Origin: Eledone cirrhosa
Taxonomy: Eukaryota
Direction: 5' to 3'
DNA length: 64,000 nucleotides
Assembly: GCA_964016885.1 (NCBI GenBank)
Contig: OZ024754.1
Location: forward strand, 32,178,001-32,242,000
Positions 28,401-43,400 of the stretch are shown piece after piece. A program made the position numbers and the translations under genes. Each line of letters starts with the position of its first letter. Within the stretch, counting starts at the first letter, position 1. The notes below the pieces were generated by a model. That model saw only the letters and a list, made by a program, of their open reading frames with translations. It was not told the origin of the DNA and made no database searches.

Positions 28401-31400
28401 GAGGTGAGAGAATTCTGGCTGGATACAGCTGGTTTGAACAGAAAGAGGTGAGAGAATTCTGGCTGGATACAACTGGTTTGAACAGAAAGAGGTGAGAGAA
28501 TTCTGGCTGGATACAGCTGGTTTGAACAGAAATAAGTGAGAGAATTCTGGCTGGATACAGCTGGTTTGAACAGAAAGAGGTAAGAGAATTCTGGCTGGAT
28601 ACAGCTGGTTTGAACAGAAAGAAGTGAGAGAATTCTGGCTGGATACAGCTGGTTTGAACAGAAAGAAGTGAGAGAATTCTGGCTGGATACAGCTGGTTTG
28701 AACAGAAAGAAGTGAGAGAATTCTGGCTGGATACAGCTGGTTTGAACAGAAAGAGTGAGAGAATTCTGGCTGGATACAGCTGGTTCAAACTGAAAGAGGT
28801 GAGAGAATTCTGGCTGGATACAGCTGGTTTGAACAGAAAGAGATGAGAGAATTCTGGCTGGATACAGCTGGTTTGAACAGAAAGAGTGAGAGAATTCTGG
28901 CTGGATACAGCTGGTTTGAACAGAAAGAGTGAGAGAATTCTGGCTGGATACAGCTGGTTTAAACAGAAAGAGGTGAGAGAATTCTGGCTGGATACAGCTG
29001 GTTTGAACAGAAAGAGGTGAGAGAATTCTGGCTGGATACAGCTGGTTTGAACAGAAAGAGGTGAGAGAATTCTGGCTGGATACAGCTGATTTGAACAGAA
29101 AGAGGTGAGAGAATTCTGGCTGGATACAGCTGGTTTGAACAGAAAGAGGTTAGAGAATTCTGGCTGGATACAGCTGGTTTGAACAGAAAGAGGTAAGAGA
29201 ATTCTGGCTGGATACAACTGGTTTGAACAGAAAGAGGTAAGAGAATTCTGGCTGGATACAGCTGGTTTGAACAGAAAGAGGTAAGAGAATTCTGGCTGGA
29301 TACAGCTGGTTTGAACAGAAAGAGGTGAGAGAATTCTGGCTGGATACAACTGGTTTGAACAGAAAGAGGTGAGAGAATTCTGGCCGGATACAGCTGGTTT
29401 GAACAGAAAGAGGTGAGAGAATTCTGGCTGGATACAGCTGGTTTGAACAGAAAGAGGTGAGAGAATTCTGGCTGGATACAGCTGGTTTGAACAGAAAGAG
29501 GTGAGAGAATTCTGGCTGGATACAGCTAGTTTGAACAGAAAGAGGTGAGAGAATTCTGGCAGGATACAGCTGGTTTGAACAGAAAGAGGTGAGAGAATGC
29601 TGGCTGGATACAGCTGGTTTGAACAGAAAGAGCTGAGAGAATTCTGGCTGGATACAGCTGGTTTGAACAGAAAGAGGTAAGAGAATTCTGGCTGGATACA
29701 GCTGGTTTGAACAGAAAGAAGTGAGAGAATTCTGGCAGGATACAGCTGGTTTGAACAGAAAGAGGTGAGAGAATGCTGGCTGGATACAGCTGGTTTGAAC
29801 AGAAAGAGGTGAGAGAATTCCGGCTGGATACAACTGGTTTGAACAGAAAGAGGTGAGAGAATTCTGGCTGGATACATCTGGTTTGAACAGAAAGAAGTGA
29901 GAGAATTCTGGCTGGATACAACTGGTTTGAACAGAAAGAGGTGAGAGAATTCTGGCTGGATACAGCTGGTTTGAACAGAAAGAAGTGAGAGAATTCTGGC
30001 TGGATACAGCTGGTTTGAACAGAAAGAGGTGAGAGAATTCTGGCTGGATACAACTGGTTTGAACAGAAAGAGGTGAGAGAATTCTGGCTGGATACAGCTG
30101 GTTTGAACAGAAAGAGGTAAGAGAATTCTGGCTGGATACAGCTGGTTTGAACAGAAAGAAGTGAGAGAATTCTGGCTGGATACAGCTGGTTTGAACAGAA
30201 AGAAGTGAGAGATTTCTGGCTGGATACAGCTGGTTTGAACAGAAAGAAGTGAGAGAATTCTGGCTGGATACAACTGGTTTGAACAGAAAGAGTGAGAGAA
30301 TTCTGGCTGGATACAGCTGGTTCAAACAGAAAGAGGTGAGAGAATTCTGGCTGGATACAGCTGGTTTGAACAGAAATAGGTGAGAGAATTCTGGCTGGAT
30401 ACAGCTGGTTTAAACAGAAAGAGTGAGAGAAATCTGGCTGGATACAGCTGGTTTGAACAGAAAGAGTGAGAGAATTCTGGCTAGATACAGCTGGTTTAAA
30501 CAGAAAGAGGTGAGAGAATTCTGGCTGGATACAGCTGGTTTGAACAGAAAGAGGTGAGAGAATTCTGGCTGGATACAGCTGGTTTGAACAGAAAGAGGTG
30601 AGAGAATTCTGGCTGGATACAGCTGGTTTGAACAGAAAGAGGTGAGAGAATTCTGGCTGGATACAGCTGGTTTGAACAGAAAGAAGTGAGAGAATTCTGG
30701 CTGGATACAGCTGGTTTGAACAGAAAGAGGTAAGAGAATTCTGGCTGGATACAGCTGGTTTGAACAGAAAGAGGTAAGAGAATTCTGGCTGGATACAGCT
30801 GGTTTGAACAGAAAGAAGTGAGAGAATTCTGGCTGGATACAGCTGGTTTAAACAGAAAGAGGTGAGAGAATTCTGGCTGGATACAGCTGGTTTAAACAGA
30901 AAGAGGTGAGAGAATTCTGGCTGGATACAACCGGTTTGAACAGAAAGAGGTGAGAGAATTCTGGCTGGATACAGCTGGTTCGAACAGAAAGAGGTGAGAG
31001 AATTCTGGCTGGATACAGCTGGTTTGAACAGAAAGAAGTGAAAGAATTCTGGCTGGATACAGCTGGTTTGAACAGAAAGAAGTGAGAGAATTCTGGCTGG
31101 ATACAGCTGGTTCGAACAGAAAGAGGTGAGAGAATTCTGGCTGGATACAACTGGTTTGAACAGAAAGAGGTGAGAGAATTCTGGCTGGATACAGCTGGTT
31201 TGAACAGAAAGAGGTGAGAGAATTCTGGCTGGATACAGCTGGTTTGAACAGAAAGAGGTGAGAGAATTCTGGCTGGATACAGCTGGTTTGAACAGAAAGA
31301 GGTGAGAGAATTCTGGCTGGATACAGCTAGTTTGAACAGAAAGAGGTGAGAGAATTCTGGCAGGATACAGCTGGTTTGAACAGAAAGAGGTGAGAGAATG

Positions 31401-34400
31401 CTGGCTGGATACAGCTGGTTTGAACAGAAAGAGGTGAGAGAATTCTGGCTGGATACAACTGGTTTGAACAGAAAGAGGTGAGAGAATTCTGGCTGGATAA
31501 AGCTGGTTTGAACAGAAAGAGGTGAGAGAATTCTGGCTGGATACAGCTGGTTTGAACAGAAAGAGGTGAGAGAATTCTGGCTGGATACAGCTGGTTTGAA
31601 CAGAAAGAAGTGAGAGAATTCTGGCTGGATACAGCTGGTTTGAACAGAAAGAGGTAAGAGAATTCTGGCTGGATACAGCTGGTTTGAACAGAAAGAGGTA
31701 AGAGAATTCTGGCTGGATACAGCTGGTTTGAACAGAAAGAAGTGAGAGAATTCTGGCTGGATACAGCTGGTTTAAACAGAAAGAGGTGAGAGAATTCTGG
31801 CTGGATACAGCTGGTTTAAACAGAAAGAGGTGAGAGAATTCTGGCTGGATACAACCGGTTTGAACAGAAAGAGGTGAGAGAATTCTGGCTGGATACAGCT
31901 GGTTCGAACAGAAAGAGGTGAGAGAATTCTGGCTGGATACAGCTGGTTTGAACAGAAAGAAGTGAAAGAATTCTGGCTGGATACAGCTGGTTTGAACAGA
32001 AAGAAGTGAGAGAATTCTGGCTGGATACAGCTGGTTCGAACAGAAAGAGGTGAGAGAATTCTGGCTGGATACAACTGGTTTGAACAGAAAGAGGTGAGAG
32101 AATTCTGGCTGGATACAGCTGGTTTGAACAGAAAGAGGTGAGAGAATTCTGGCTGGACACAGCTGGTTTGAACAGAAAGAGGTGAGAGAATTCTGGCTGG
32201 ATACAGCTGGTTTGAACAGAAAGAGGTGAGAGAATTCTGGCTGGATACAGCTAGTTTGAACAGAAAGAGGTGAGAGAATTCTGGCAGGATACAGCTGGTT
32301 TGAACAGAAAGAGGTGAGAGAATGCTGGCTGGATACAGCTGGTTTGAACAGAAAGAGGTGAGAGAATTCTGGCTGGATACAACTGGTTTGAACAGAAAGA
32401 GGTGAGAGAATTCTGGCTGGATAAAGCTGGTTTGAACAGAAAGAGGTGAGAGAATTCTGGCTGGATACAGCTGGTTTGAACAGAAAGAGGTAAGAGAATT
32501 CTGGCTGGATACAGCTGGTTTGAACAGAAATAAGTGAGAGATTTCTGGCTGGATACAGCTGGTTTGAACAGAAAGAGGTAAGAGAATTCTGGCTGGATAC
32601 AGCTGGTTTGAACAGAAAGAAGTGAGAGAATTCTGGCTGGATACAGCTGGTTTGAACAGAAAGAAGTGAGAGAATTCTGGCTGGATACAGCTGGTTTGAA
32701 CAGAAAGAAGTGAGAGAATTCTGGCCGGATACAGCTGGTTTGAACAGAAAGAGTGAGAGAATTCTGGCTGGATACAGCTGGTTCAAACTGAAAGAGGTGA
32801 GAGAATTCTGGCTGGATACAGCTGGTTTGAACAGAAAGAGGTGAGAGAATTCTGGCTGGATACAGCTGATTTGAACAGAAAGAGGTGAGAGAATTCTGGC
32901 TGGATACAGCTGGTTTGAACAGAAAGAGGTAAGAGAATTCTGGCTGGATACAGCTGGTTTGAACAGAAAGAAGTGAGAGAATTCTGGCTGGATACAGCTG
33001 GTTTGAACAGAAAGAGGTAAGAGAATTCTGGCTGGATACAACTGGTTTGAACAGAAAGAAGTGAGAGAATTCTGGCTGGATACAGCTGGTTTGAACAGAA
33101 AGAGGTAAGAGAATTCTGGCTGGATACAGCTGGTTTGAACAGAAAGAAGTGAGAGAATTCTGGCTGGATACAGCTGGTTTGAACAAAAAGAAGTGAGAGA
33201 ATTCTGGCTGGATACAACTGGTTTGAACAGAAAGAAGTGAGAGAATTCTGGCTGGATACAGCTGGTTTGAACAGAAGAAGTGAGAGAATTCTGGCTGGAT
33301 ACAGCTGGTTTGAACAGAAAGAGGTGAGAGAATTCTGGCTGGATACAACTGGTTTGAACAGAAAGAGGTGAGAGAATTCTGGCCGGATACAGCTGGTTTG
33401 AACAGAAAGAGGTGAGAGAATTCTGGCTGGATACAGCTGGTTTGAACAGAAAGAGGTGAGAGAATTCTGGCTGGATACAGCTGGTTTGAACAGAAAGAGG
33501 TGAGAGAATTCTGGCTGGATACAGCTAGTTTGAACAGAAAGAGGTGAGAGAATTCTGGCAGGATACAGCTGGTTTGAACAGAAAGAGGTGAGAGAATGCT
33601 GGCTGGATACAGCTGGTTTGAACAGAAAGAGCTGAGAGAATTCTGGCTGGATACAACTGGTTTGAACAGAAAGAGGTGAGAGAATTCTGGCTGGATACAG
33701 CTGCTTTGAACAGAAAGAGGTGAGAGAATTCTGGCTGGATACAGCTGGTTTGAACAGAAAGAGGTGAGAGAATTCTGGCTGGATACAACTGGTTTGAACA
33801 GAAAGAGGTGAGAGAATTCTGGCTGGATACAGCTGGTTTGAACAGAAAGAGGTGAGAGAATACCGGCTGGATACAACTGGTTTGAACAGAAAGAGGTGAT
33901 AGAATTCTGGCTGGATACAGCTGGTTTGAACAGAAAGAAGTGAGAGAATTCTGGCTGGATACAACTGGTTTGAACAGAAAGAGGTGAGAGAATTCTGGCT
34001 GGAAACAGCTGGTTTGAACAGAAAGAGGTAAGAGAATTCTGGCTGGATACAGCTGGTTTGAACAGAAAGAGGTGAGAGATTTCTGGCTGGATACAACTGG
34101 TTTCAACAGAAAGAGGTGAGAGAATTCTGGCTGGATACAGCTGGTTTGAACAAAAAGAGGTAAGAGAATTTTGGCTGGATACAGCTGGTTTGAACAGAAA
34201 GAAGTGAGAGAATTCTGGCTGGATACAGCTGGTTTGAACAGAAAGAAGTGAGAGATTTCTGGCTGGATACAGCTGGTTTGAACAGAAAGAAGTGAGAGAA
34301 TTCTGGCTGGATACAACTGGTTTGAACAGAAAGAGTGAGAGAATTCTGGCTGGATACAGCTGGTTCAAACAGAAAGAGGTGAGAGAATTCTGGCTGGATA

Positions 34401-37400
34401 CAGCTGGTTTGAACAGAAAGAGGTGAGAGAATTCTGGCTGGATACAGCTGGTTTGAACAGAAAGAGTGAGAGAATTCTGGCTGGATACAGCTGGTTTGAA
34501 CAGAAAGAGTGAGAGAATTCTGGCTAGATACAGCTGGTTTAAACAGAAAGAGGTGAGAGAATTCTGGCTGGATACAGCTGGTTTGAACAGAAAGAGGTGA
34601 GAGAATTCTGGCTGGATACAGCTGGTTTGAACAGAAAGAGATGAGAGAATTCTGGCTGGATACAGCTGGTTTGAACAGAAGGAGGTGAGAGAATTCTGGC
34701 TGGATACAGCTGGTTTGAACAGAAAGAGGTTAGAGAATTCTGGCTGGATACAGCTGGTTTGAACAGAAAGAGGTGAGAGAATTCTGGCTGGATACAGCTG
34801 GTTTGAACAGAAAAAAGTGAGAGAATTCTGGCTGGATACAGCTGGTTTGAACAGAAAGAAGTGAGAGAATTCTGGCTGGATACAGCTGGTTTGAACAGAA
34901 AGAGGTGAGAGAATTCTGGCTGGATACAACTGGTTTGAACAGAAAGAGGTAAGAGAATTCTGGCTGGATACAGCTGGTTTGAACAGAAAGAGGTAAGAGA
35001 ATTCTGGCTGGATACAACTGGTTTGAACAGAAAGAAGTGAGAGAATTCTGGCTGGATACAGCTGGTTTGAACAGAAAGAGGCAAGAGAATTCTGGCTGGA
35101 TACAGCTGGTTTGAACAGAAAGAAGTGAGAGAATTCTGGCTGGATACACTTGGTTTGAACAGAAAGAGGTGAGAGAATTCTGGCTGGATACAGCTGGTTT
35201 GAACAGAAAGAGGTAAGAGAATTCTGGCTGGATACAGCTGGTTTGAACAGAAAGAAGTGAGAGAATTCTGGCTGGATACAGTTGGTTTGAACAGAAAGAG
35301 GTAAGAGAATTCTGGCTGGATACAGCTGGTTTGAACAGAAAGAAGTGAGAGAATTCTGGCTGGATACAGCTCATTTGAACAGAAAGAGGTGAGAGAATTC
35401 TGGCTGGATACAGCTGGTTTGAACAGAAAGAGGTGAGAGAATTCTGGCTGGATACAGCTGGTTTGAACAGAAAGAGGTGAGAGAATTCTGGCTGGATACA
35501 GCTGGTTTGAACAGAAAGAAGTGAGAGAATTCTGGCTGGATACAGCTGGTTTGAACAGAAAGAAGTGAGAGAATTCTGGCTGGATACAGCTGGTTTGAAC
35601 AGAAAGAGGTGAGAGAATTCTGGCTGGATACAACTGGTTTGAACAGAAAGAGGTAAGAGAATTCTGGCTGGATACAGCTGGTTTGAACAGAAAGAGGTAA
35701 GAGAATTCTGGCTGGATACAACTGATTTGAACAGAAAGAAGTGAGAGAATTCTGGCTGGATACAGCTGGTTTGAACAGAAAGAGGTAAGAGAATTCTGGC
35801 TGGATACAGATGGTTTGAACAGAAAGAGGTGAGAGAATTCTGGCTGGATACAGCTGGTTCGAACAGAAAGAGGTGAGAGAATTCTGGCTGGATACAGCTG
35901 GTTTGAACAGAAAGAAGTGAGAGAATTCTGGCTGGATACAGCTGGTTTGAACAGAAAGAGGTAAGAGAATTCTGGCTGGATACAGCTGGTTTGAACAGAA
36001 AGAAGTGAGAGAATTCTGGCTGGATACAACTGGTTTGAACAGAAAGAGGTGAGAGAATTCTGGCTGGATACAGCTGGTTCGAACAGAAAGAGGTGAGAGA
36101 ATTCTGGCTGGATACAGCTGGTTTGAACAGAAAGAAGTGAGAGAATTCTGGCTGGATACAGCTGGTTTGAACAGAAAGAAGTGAGAGAATTCTGGCTGGA
36201 TACAGCTGGTTTGAACAGAAAGAGGTGAGAGAATTCTGGCTGGATACAGCTGGTTTGAACAGAAAGAGGTAAGAGAATTCTGGCTGGATACAGCTGGTTT
36301 GAACAGAAATAAGTGAGAGAATTCTGGCTGGATACAGTTTGTTTGAACAGAAAGAGGTAAGAGAATTCTGGCTGGATACAGCTGGTTTGAACAGAAAGAA
36401 GTGAGAGAATTCTGGCTGGATACAGCTGGTTTGAACAGAAAGAGGTGAGAGAATTCTGGCTGGATACAATTGGTTTGAACAGAAAGAGGTGAGAGAATTC
36501 TGGCTGGATACAGCTGGTTTGAACAGAAAGAGGTCAGAGAATTCTGGCTGGATACAGCTGGTTCAAACAGAAAGAGGTGAGAGAATTCTGGCTGGATACA
36601 GCTGGTTTGAACAGAAAGAGGTGAGAGAATTCTGGCTGGATACAGCTGGTTTGAACAGAAAGAGGTAAGAGAATTCTGGCTGGATACAGCTGGTTTGAAC
36701 AGAAAGAAGTGAGAGAATTCTGGCTGGATACAGCTGGTTTGAACAGAAAGAGGTAAGAGAATTCTGGCTGGATACAACTGGTTTGAACAGAAAGAAGTGA
36801 GAGAATTCTGGCTGGATACAGCTGGTTTGAACAGAAAGAGGTAAGAGAATTCTGGCTGGATACAGCTGGTTTGAACAGAAAGAAGTGAGAGAATTCTGGC
36901 TGGATACAGCTGGTTTGAACAAAAAGAAGTGAGAGAATTCTGGCTGGATACAACTGGTTTGAACAGAAAGAAGTGAGAGAATTCTGGCTGGATACAGCTG
37001 GTTTGAACAGAAAGAAGTGAGAGAATTCTGGCTGGATACAGCTGGTTTGAACAGAAAGAGGTGAGAGAATTCTGGCTGGATACAACTGGTTTGAACAGAA
37101 AGAGGTGAGAGAATTCTGGCCGGATACAGCTGGTTTGAACAGAAAGAGGTGAGAGAATTCTGGCTGGATACAGCTGGTTTGAACAGAAAGAGGTGAGAGA
37201 ATTCTGGCTGGATACAGCTGGTTTGAACAGAAAGAGGTGAGAGAATTCTGGCTGGATACAGCTAGTTTGAACAGAAAGAGGTGAGAGAATTCTGGCAGGA
37301 TACAGCTGGTTTGAACAGAAAGAGGTGAGAGAATGCTGGCTGGATACAGCTGGTTTGAACAGAAAGAGCTGAGAGAATTCTGGCTGGATACAACTGGTTT

Positions 37401-40400
37401 GAACAGAAAGAGGTGAGAGAATTCTGGCTGGATACAGCTGCTTTGAACAGAAAGAGGTGAGAGAATTCTGGCTGGATACAGCTGGTTTGAACAGAAAGAG
37501 GTGAGAGAATTCTGGCTGGATACAACTGGTTTGAACAGAAAGAGGTGAGAGAATTCTGGCTGGATACAGCTGGTTTGAACAGAAAGAGGTGAGAGAATAC
37601 CGGCTGGATACAACTGGTTTGAACAGAAAGAGGTGAGAGAATTCTGGCTGGATACAGCTGGTTTGAACAGAAAGAAGTGAGAGAATTCTGGCTGGATACA
37701 ACTGGTTTGAACAGAAAGAGGTGAGAGAATTCTGGCTGGAAACAGCTGGTTTGAACAGAAAGAGGTAAGAGAATTCTGGCTGGATACAGCTGGTTTGAAC
37801 AGAAAGAGGTGAGAGAATTCTGGCTGGATACAACTGGTTTGAACAGAAAGAGGTGAGAGAATTCTGGCTGGATACAGCTGGTTTGAACAAAAAGAGGTAA
37901 GAGAATTTTGGCTGGATACAGCTGGTTTGAACAGAAAGAAGTGAGAGAATTCTGGCTGGATACAGCTGGTTTGAACAGAAAGAAGTGAGAGATTTCTGGC
38001 TGGATACAGCTGGTTTGAACAGAAAGAAGTGAGAGAATTCTGGCTGGATACAACTGGTTTGAACAGAAAGAGTGAGAGAATTCTGGCTGGATACAGCTGG
38101 TTCAAACAGAAAGAGGTGAGAGAATTCTGGCTGGATACAGCTGGTTTGAACAGAAAGAGGTGAGAGAATTCTGGCTGGATACAGCTGGTTTGAACAGAAA
38201 GAGTGAGAGAATTCTGGCTGGATACAGCTGGTTTGAACAGAAAGAGTGAGAGAATTCTGGCTAGATACAGCTGGTTTAAACAGAAAGAGGTGAGAGAATT
38301 CTGGCTGGATACAGCTGGTTTGAACAGAAAGAGGTGAGAGAATTCTGGCTGGATACAGCTGGTTTGAACAGAAAGAGATGAGAGAATTCTGGCTGGATAC
38401 AGCTGGTTTGAACAGAAGGAGGTGAGAGAATTCTGGCTGGATACAGCTGGTTTGAACAGAAAGAGGTTAGAGAATTCTGGCTGGATACAGCTGGTTTGAA
38501 CAGAAAGAGGTGAGAGAATTCTGGCTGGATACAGCTGGTTTGAACAGAAAAAAGTGAGAGAATTCTGGCTGGATACAGCTGGTTTGAACAGAAAGAAGTG
38601 AGAGAATTCTGGCTGGATACAGCTGGTTTGAACAGAAAGAGGTGAGAGAATTCTGGCTGGATACAACTGGTTTGAACAGAAAGAGGTAAGAGAATTCTGG
38701 CTGGATACAGCTGGTTTGAACAGAAAGAGGTAAGAGAATTCTGGCTGGATACAACTGGTTTGAACAGAAAGAAGTGAGAGAATTCTGGCTGGATACAGCT
38801 GGTTTGAACAGAAAGAGGCAAGAGAATTCTGGCTGGATACAGCTGGTTTGAACAGAAAGAAGTGAGAGAATTCTGGCTGGATACACTTGGTTTGAACAGA
38901 AAGAGGTAAGAGAATTCTGGCTGGATACAGCTGGTTTGAACAGAAAGAGGTAAGAGAATTCTGGCTGGATACAGCTGGTTTGAACAGAAAGAAGTGAGAG
39001 AATTCTGGCTGGATACAGTTGGTTTGAACAGAAAGAGGTAAGAGAATTCTGGCTGGATACAGCTGGTTTGAACAGAAAGAAGTGAGAGAATTCTGGCTGG
39101 ATACAGCTCATTTGAACAGAAAGAGGTGAGAGAATTCTGGCTGGATACAGCTGGTTTGAACAGAAAGAGGTGAGAGAATTCTGGCTGGATACAGCTGGTT
39201 TGAACAGAAAGAGGTGAGAGAATTCTGGCTGGATACAGCTGGTTTGAACAGAAAGAAGTGAGAGAATTCTGGCTGGATACAGCTGGTTTGAACAGAAAGA
39301 AGTGAGAGAATTCTGGCTGGATACAGCTGGTTTGAACAGAAAGAGGTGAGAGAATTCTGGCTGGATACAACTGGTTTGAACAGAAAGAGGTAAGAGAATT
39401 CTGGCTGGATACAGCTGGTTTGAACAGAAAGAGGTAAGAGAATTCTGGCTGGATACAACTGATTTGAACAGAAAGAAGTGAGAGAATTCTGGCTGGATAC
39501 AGCTGGTTTGAACAGAAAGAGGTAAGAGAATTCTGGCTGGATACAGATGGTTTGAACAGAAAGAAGTGAGAGAATTCTGGCTGGATACAACTGGTTTGAA
39601 CAGAAAGAGGTGAGAGAATTCTGGCTGGATACAGCTGGTTCGAACAGAAAGAGGTGAGAGAATTCTGGCTGGATACAGCTGGTTTGAACAGAAAGAAGTG
39701 AGAGAATTCTGGCTGGATACAGCTGGTTTGAACAGAAAGAAGTGAGAGAATTCTGGCTGGATACAGCTGGTTTGAACAGAAAGAGGTGAGAGAATTCTGG
39801 CTGGATACAGCTGGTTTGAACAGAAAGAGGTAAGAGAATTCTGGCTGGATACAGCTGGTTTGAACAGAAATAAGTGAGAGAATTCTGGCTGGATACAGCT
39901 GGTTTGAACAGAAAGAGGTAAGAGAATTCTGGCTGGATACAGCTGGTTTGAACAGAAAGAAGTGAGAGAATTCTGGCTGGATACAGCTGGTTTGAACAGA
40001 AAGAGGTGAGAGAATTCTGGCTGGATACAATTGGTTTGAACAGAAAGAGGTGAGAGAATTCTGGCTGGATACAGCTGGTTTGAACAGAAAGAGGTGAGAG
40101 AATTCTGGCTGGATACAACTGGTTTGAACAGAAAGAGGTAAGAGTATTCTGGCTGGATACAATTGGTTTGAACAGAAAGAGGTGAGAGAATTCTGGCTGG
40201 ATACAGCTGGTTTAAACAGAAAGAGGTGAGAGAATTCTGGCTGGATACAGCTGGTTTGAACAGAAAGAAGTGAGAGAATTCTGGCTGGATACAGCTGGTT
40301 TGAACAGAAAGAGGTAAGAGAATTCTGGCTGGATACAGCTGGTTTGAACAGAAAGAAGTGAGAGAATTCTGGCTGGATACAGCTGGTTTGAACAGAAAGA

Positions 40401-43400
40401 GGTAAGAGTATTCTGGCTGGATACAATTGGTTTGAACAGAAAGAAGTGAGAGAATTCTGGCTGGATACAACTGGTTTGAACAGAAAGAGGTAAGAGTATT
40501 CTGGCTGGATACAATTGGTTTGAACAGAAAGAGGTGAGAGAATTCTGGCTGGATACAGCTGGTTTGAACAGAAAGAAGTGAGAGAATTCTGGCTGGATAC
40601 AGCTGGTTTGAACAGAAAGAGGTAAGAGTATTCTGGCTGGATACAATTGGTTTGAACAGAAAGAAGTGAGAGAATTCTGGCTGGATACAACTGGTTTGAA
40701 CAGAAAGAGGTAAGAGTATTCTGGCTGGATACAATTGGTTTGAACAGAAAGAGGTGAGAGAATTCTGGCTGGATACAGCTGGTTTGAACAGAAAGAAGTG
40801 AGAGAATTCTGGCTGGATACAGCTGGTTTAAACAGAAAGAAGTGAGAGAATCCTGGCTGGATACAGCTGGTTTAAAAAAAAGAAGTGAGAGAATTCTGGC
40901 TGGATACAGCTGGTTCGAACAGAAAGAGGTGAGAGAATTCTGGCTGGATACAGCTGGTTTGAACAGAAAGAAGTGAGAGAATTCTGGCTGGATACAGCTG
41001 GTTTGAACAGAAAGAAGTGAGAGAATTCTGGCTGGATACAGCTGGTTTGAACAGAAAGAGGTGAGAGAATTCTGGCTGGATACAGCTGGTTTGAACAGAA
41101 AGACGTAAGAGAATTCTGGCTGGATACAGCTGGTTTGAACAGAAATAAGTGAGAGAATTCTGGCTGGATACAGCTGGTTTGAACAGAAAGAGGTAAGAGA
41201 ATTCTGGCTGGATACAGCTGGTTTGAACAGAAAGAAGTGAGAGAATTCTGGCTGGATACAACTGGTTTGAACAGAAAGAGGTGAGAGAATTCTGGCTGGA
41301 TACAGCTGGTTCGAACAGAAAGAGGTGAGAGAATTCTGGCTGGATACAGCTGGTTTGAACAGAAAGAAGTGAGAGAATTCTGGCTGGATACAGCTGGTTT
41401 GAACAGAAAGAGGTAAGAGAATTCTGGCTGGATACAGCTGGTTTGAACAGAAAGAAGTGAGAGAATTCTGGCTGGATACAACTGGTTTGAACAGAAAGAG
41501 GTGAGAGAATTCTGGCTGGATACAGCTGGTTCGAACAGAGAGAGGTGAGAGAATTCTGGCTGGATACAGCTGGTTTCAACAGAAAGAAGTGAGAGAATTC
41601 TGGCTGGATACAGCTGGTTTGAACAGAAAGAAGTGAGAGAATTTTGGCTGGATACAGCTGGTTTGAACAGAAAGAGGTGAGAGAATTCTGGCTGGATACA
41701 GCTGGTTTGAACAGAAAGAGGTAAGAGAATTCTGGCTGGATACAGCTGGTTTGAACAGAAATAAGTGAGAGAATTCTGGCTGGATACAGCTGGTTTGAAC
41801 AGAAAGAGGTAAGAGAATTCTGGCTGGATACAGCTGGTTTGAACAGAAAGAAGTGAGAGAATTCTGGCTGGATACAGCTGGTTTGAACAGAAAGAGGTGA
41901 GAGAATTCTGGCTGGATACAATTGGTTTGAACAGAAAGAGGTGAGAGAATTCTGGCTGGATACAGCTGGTTTGAACAGAAAGAGGTGAGAGAATTCTGGC
42001 TGGATACAACTGGTTTGAACAGAAAGAGGTAAGAGTATTCTGGCTGGATACAATTGGTTTGAACAGAAAGAGGTGAGAGAATTCTGGCTGGATACAACTG
42101 GTTTGAACAGAAAGAGGTAAGAGTATTCTGGCTGGATACAATTGGTTTGAACAGAAAGAGGTGAGAGAATTCTGGCTGGATACAGCTGGTTTGAACAGAA
42201 AGAAGTGAGAGAATTCTGGCTGGATACAGCTGGTTTGAACAGAAAGAAGTGAGAGAATCCTGGCTGGATACAGCTGGTTTAAAAAGAAAGAAGTGAGAGA
42301 ATTCTGGCTGGATACAGCTGGTTCGAACAGAAAGAGGTGAGAGAATTCTGGCTGGATACAGCTGGTTTGAACAGAAAGAAGTGAGAGAATTCTGGCTGGA
42401 TACAGCTGGTTTGAACAGAAAGAAGTGAGAGAATTCTGGCTGGATACAGCTGGTTTGAACAGAAAGAGGTGAGAGAATTCTGGCTGGATACAGCTGGTTT
42501 GAACAGAAAGACGTAAGAGAATTCTGGCTGGATACAGCTGGTTTGAACAGAAATAAGTGAGAGAATTCTGGCTGGATACAGCTGGTTTGAACAGAAAGAG
42601 GTAAGAGAATTCTGGCTGGATACAGCTGGTTTGAACAGAAAGAAGTGAGAGAATTCTGGCTGGATACAACTGGTTTGAACAGAAAGAGGTGAGAGAATTC
42701 TGGCTGGATACAGCTGGTTCGAACAGAAAGAGGTGAGAGAATTCTGGCTGGATACAGCTGGTTTGAACAGAAAGAAGTGAGAGAATTCTGGCTGGATACA
42801 GCTGGTTTGAACAGAAAGAGGTAAGAGAATTCTGGCTGGATACAGCTGGTTTGAACAGAAAGAAGTGAGAGAATTCTGGCTGGATACAACTGGTTTGAAC
42901 AGAAAGAGGTGAGAGAATTCTGGCTGGATACAGCTGGTTCGAACAGAGAGAGGTGAGAGAATTCTGGCTGGATACAGCTGGTTTGAACAGAAAGAAGTGA
43001 GAGAATTCTGGCTGGATACAGCTGGTTTGAACAGAAAGAAGTGAGAGAATTCTAGCTGGATACAGCTGGTTTGAACAGAAAGAGGTGAGAGAATTCTGGC
43101 TGGATACAGCTGGTTTGAACAGAAAGAGGTAAGAGAATTCTGGCTGGATACAGCTGGTTTGAACAGAAATAAGTGAGAGAATTCTGGCTGGATACAGCTG
43201 GTTTGAACAGAAAGAGGTAAGAGAATTCTGGCTGGATACAGCTGGTTTGAACAGAAAGAAGTGAGAGAATTCTGGCTGGATACAGCTGGTTTGAACAGAA
43301 AGAGGTGAGAGAATTCTGGCTGGATACAATTGGTTTGAACAGAAAGAGGTGAGAGAATTCTGGCTGGATACAGCTGGTTTGAACAGAAAGAGGTGAGAGA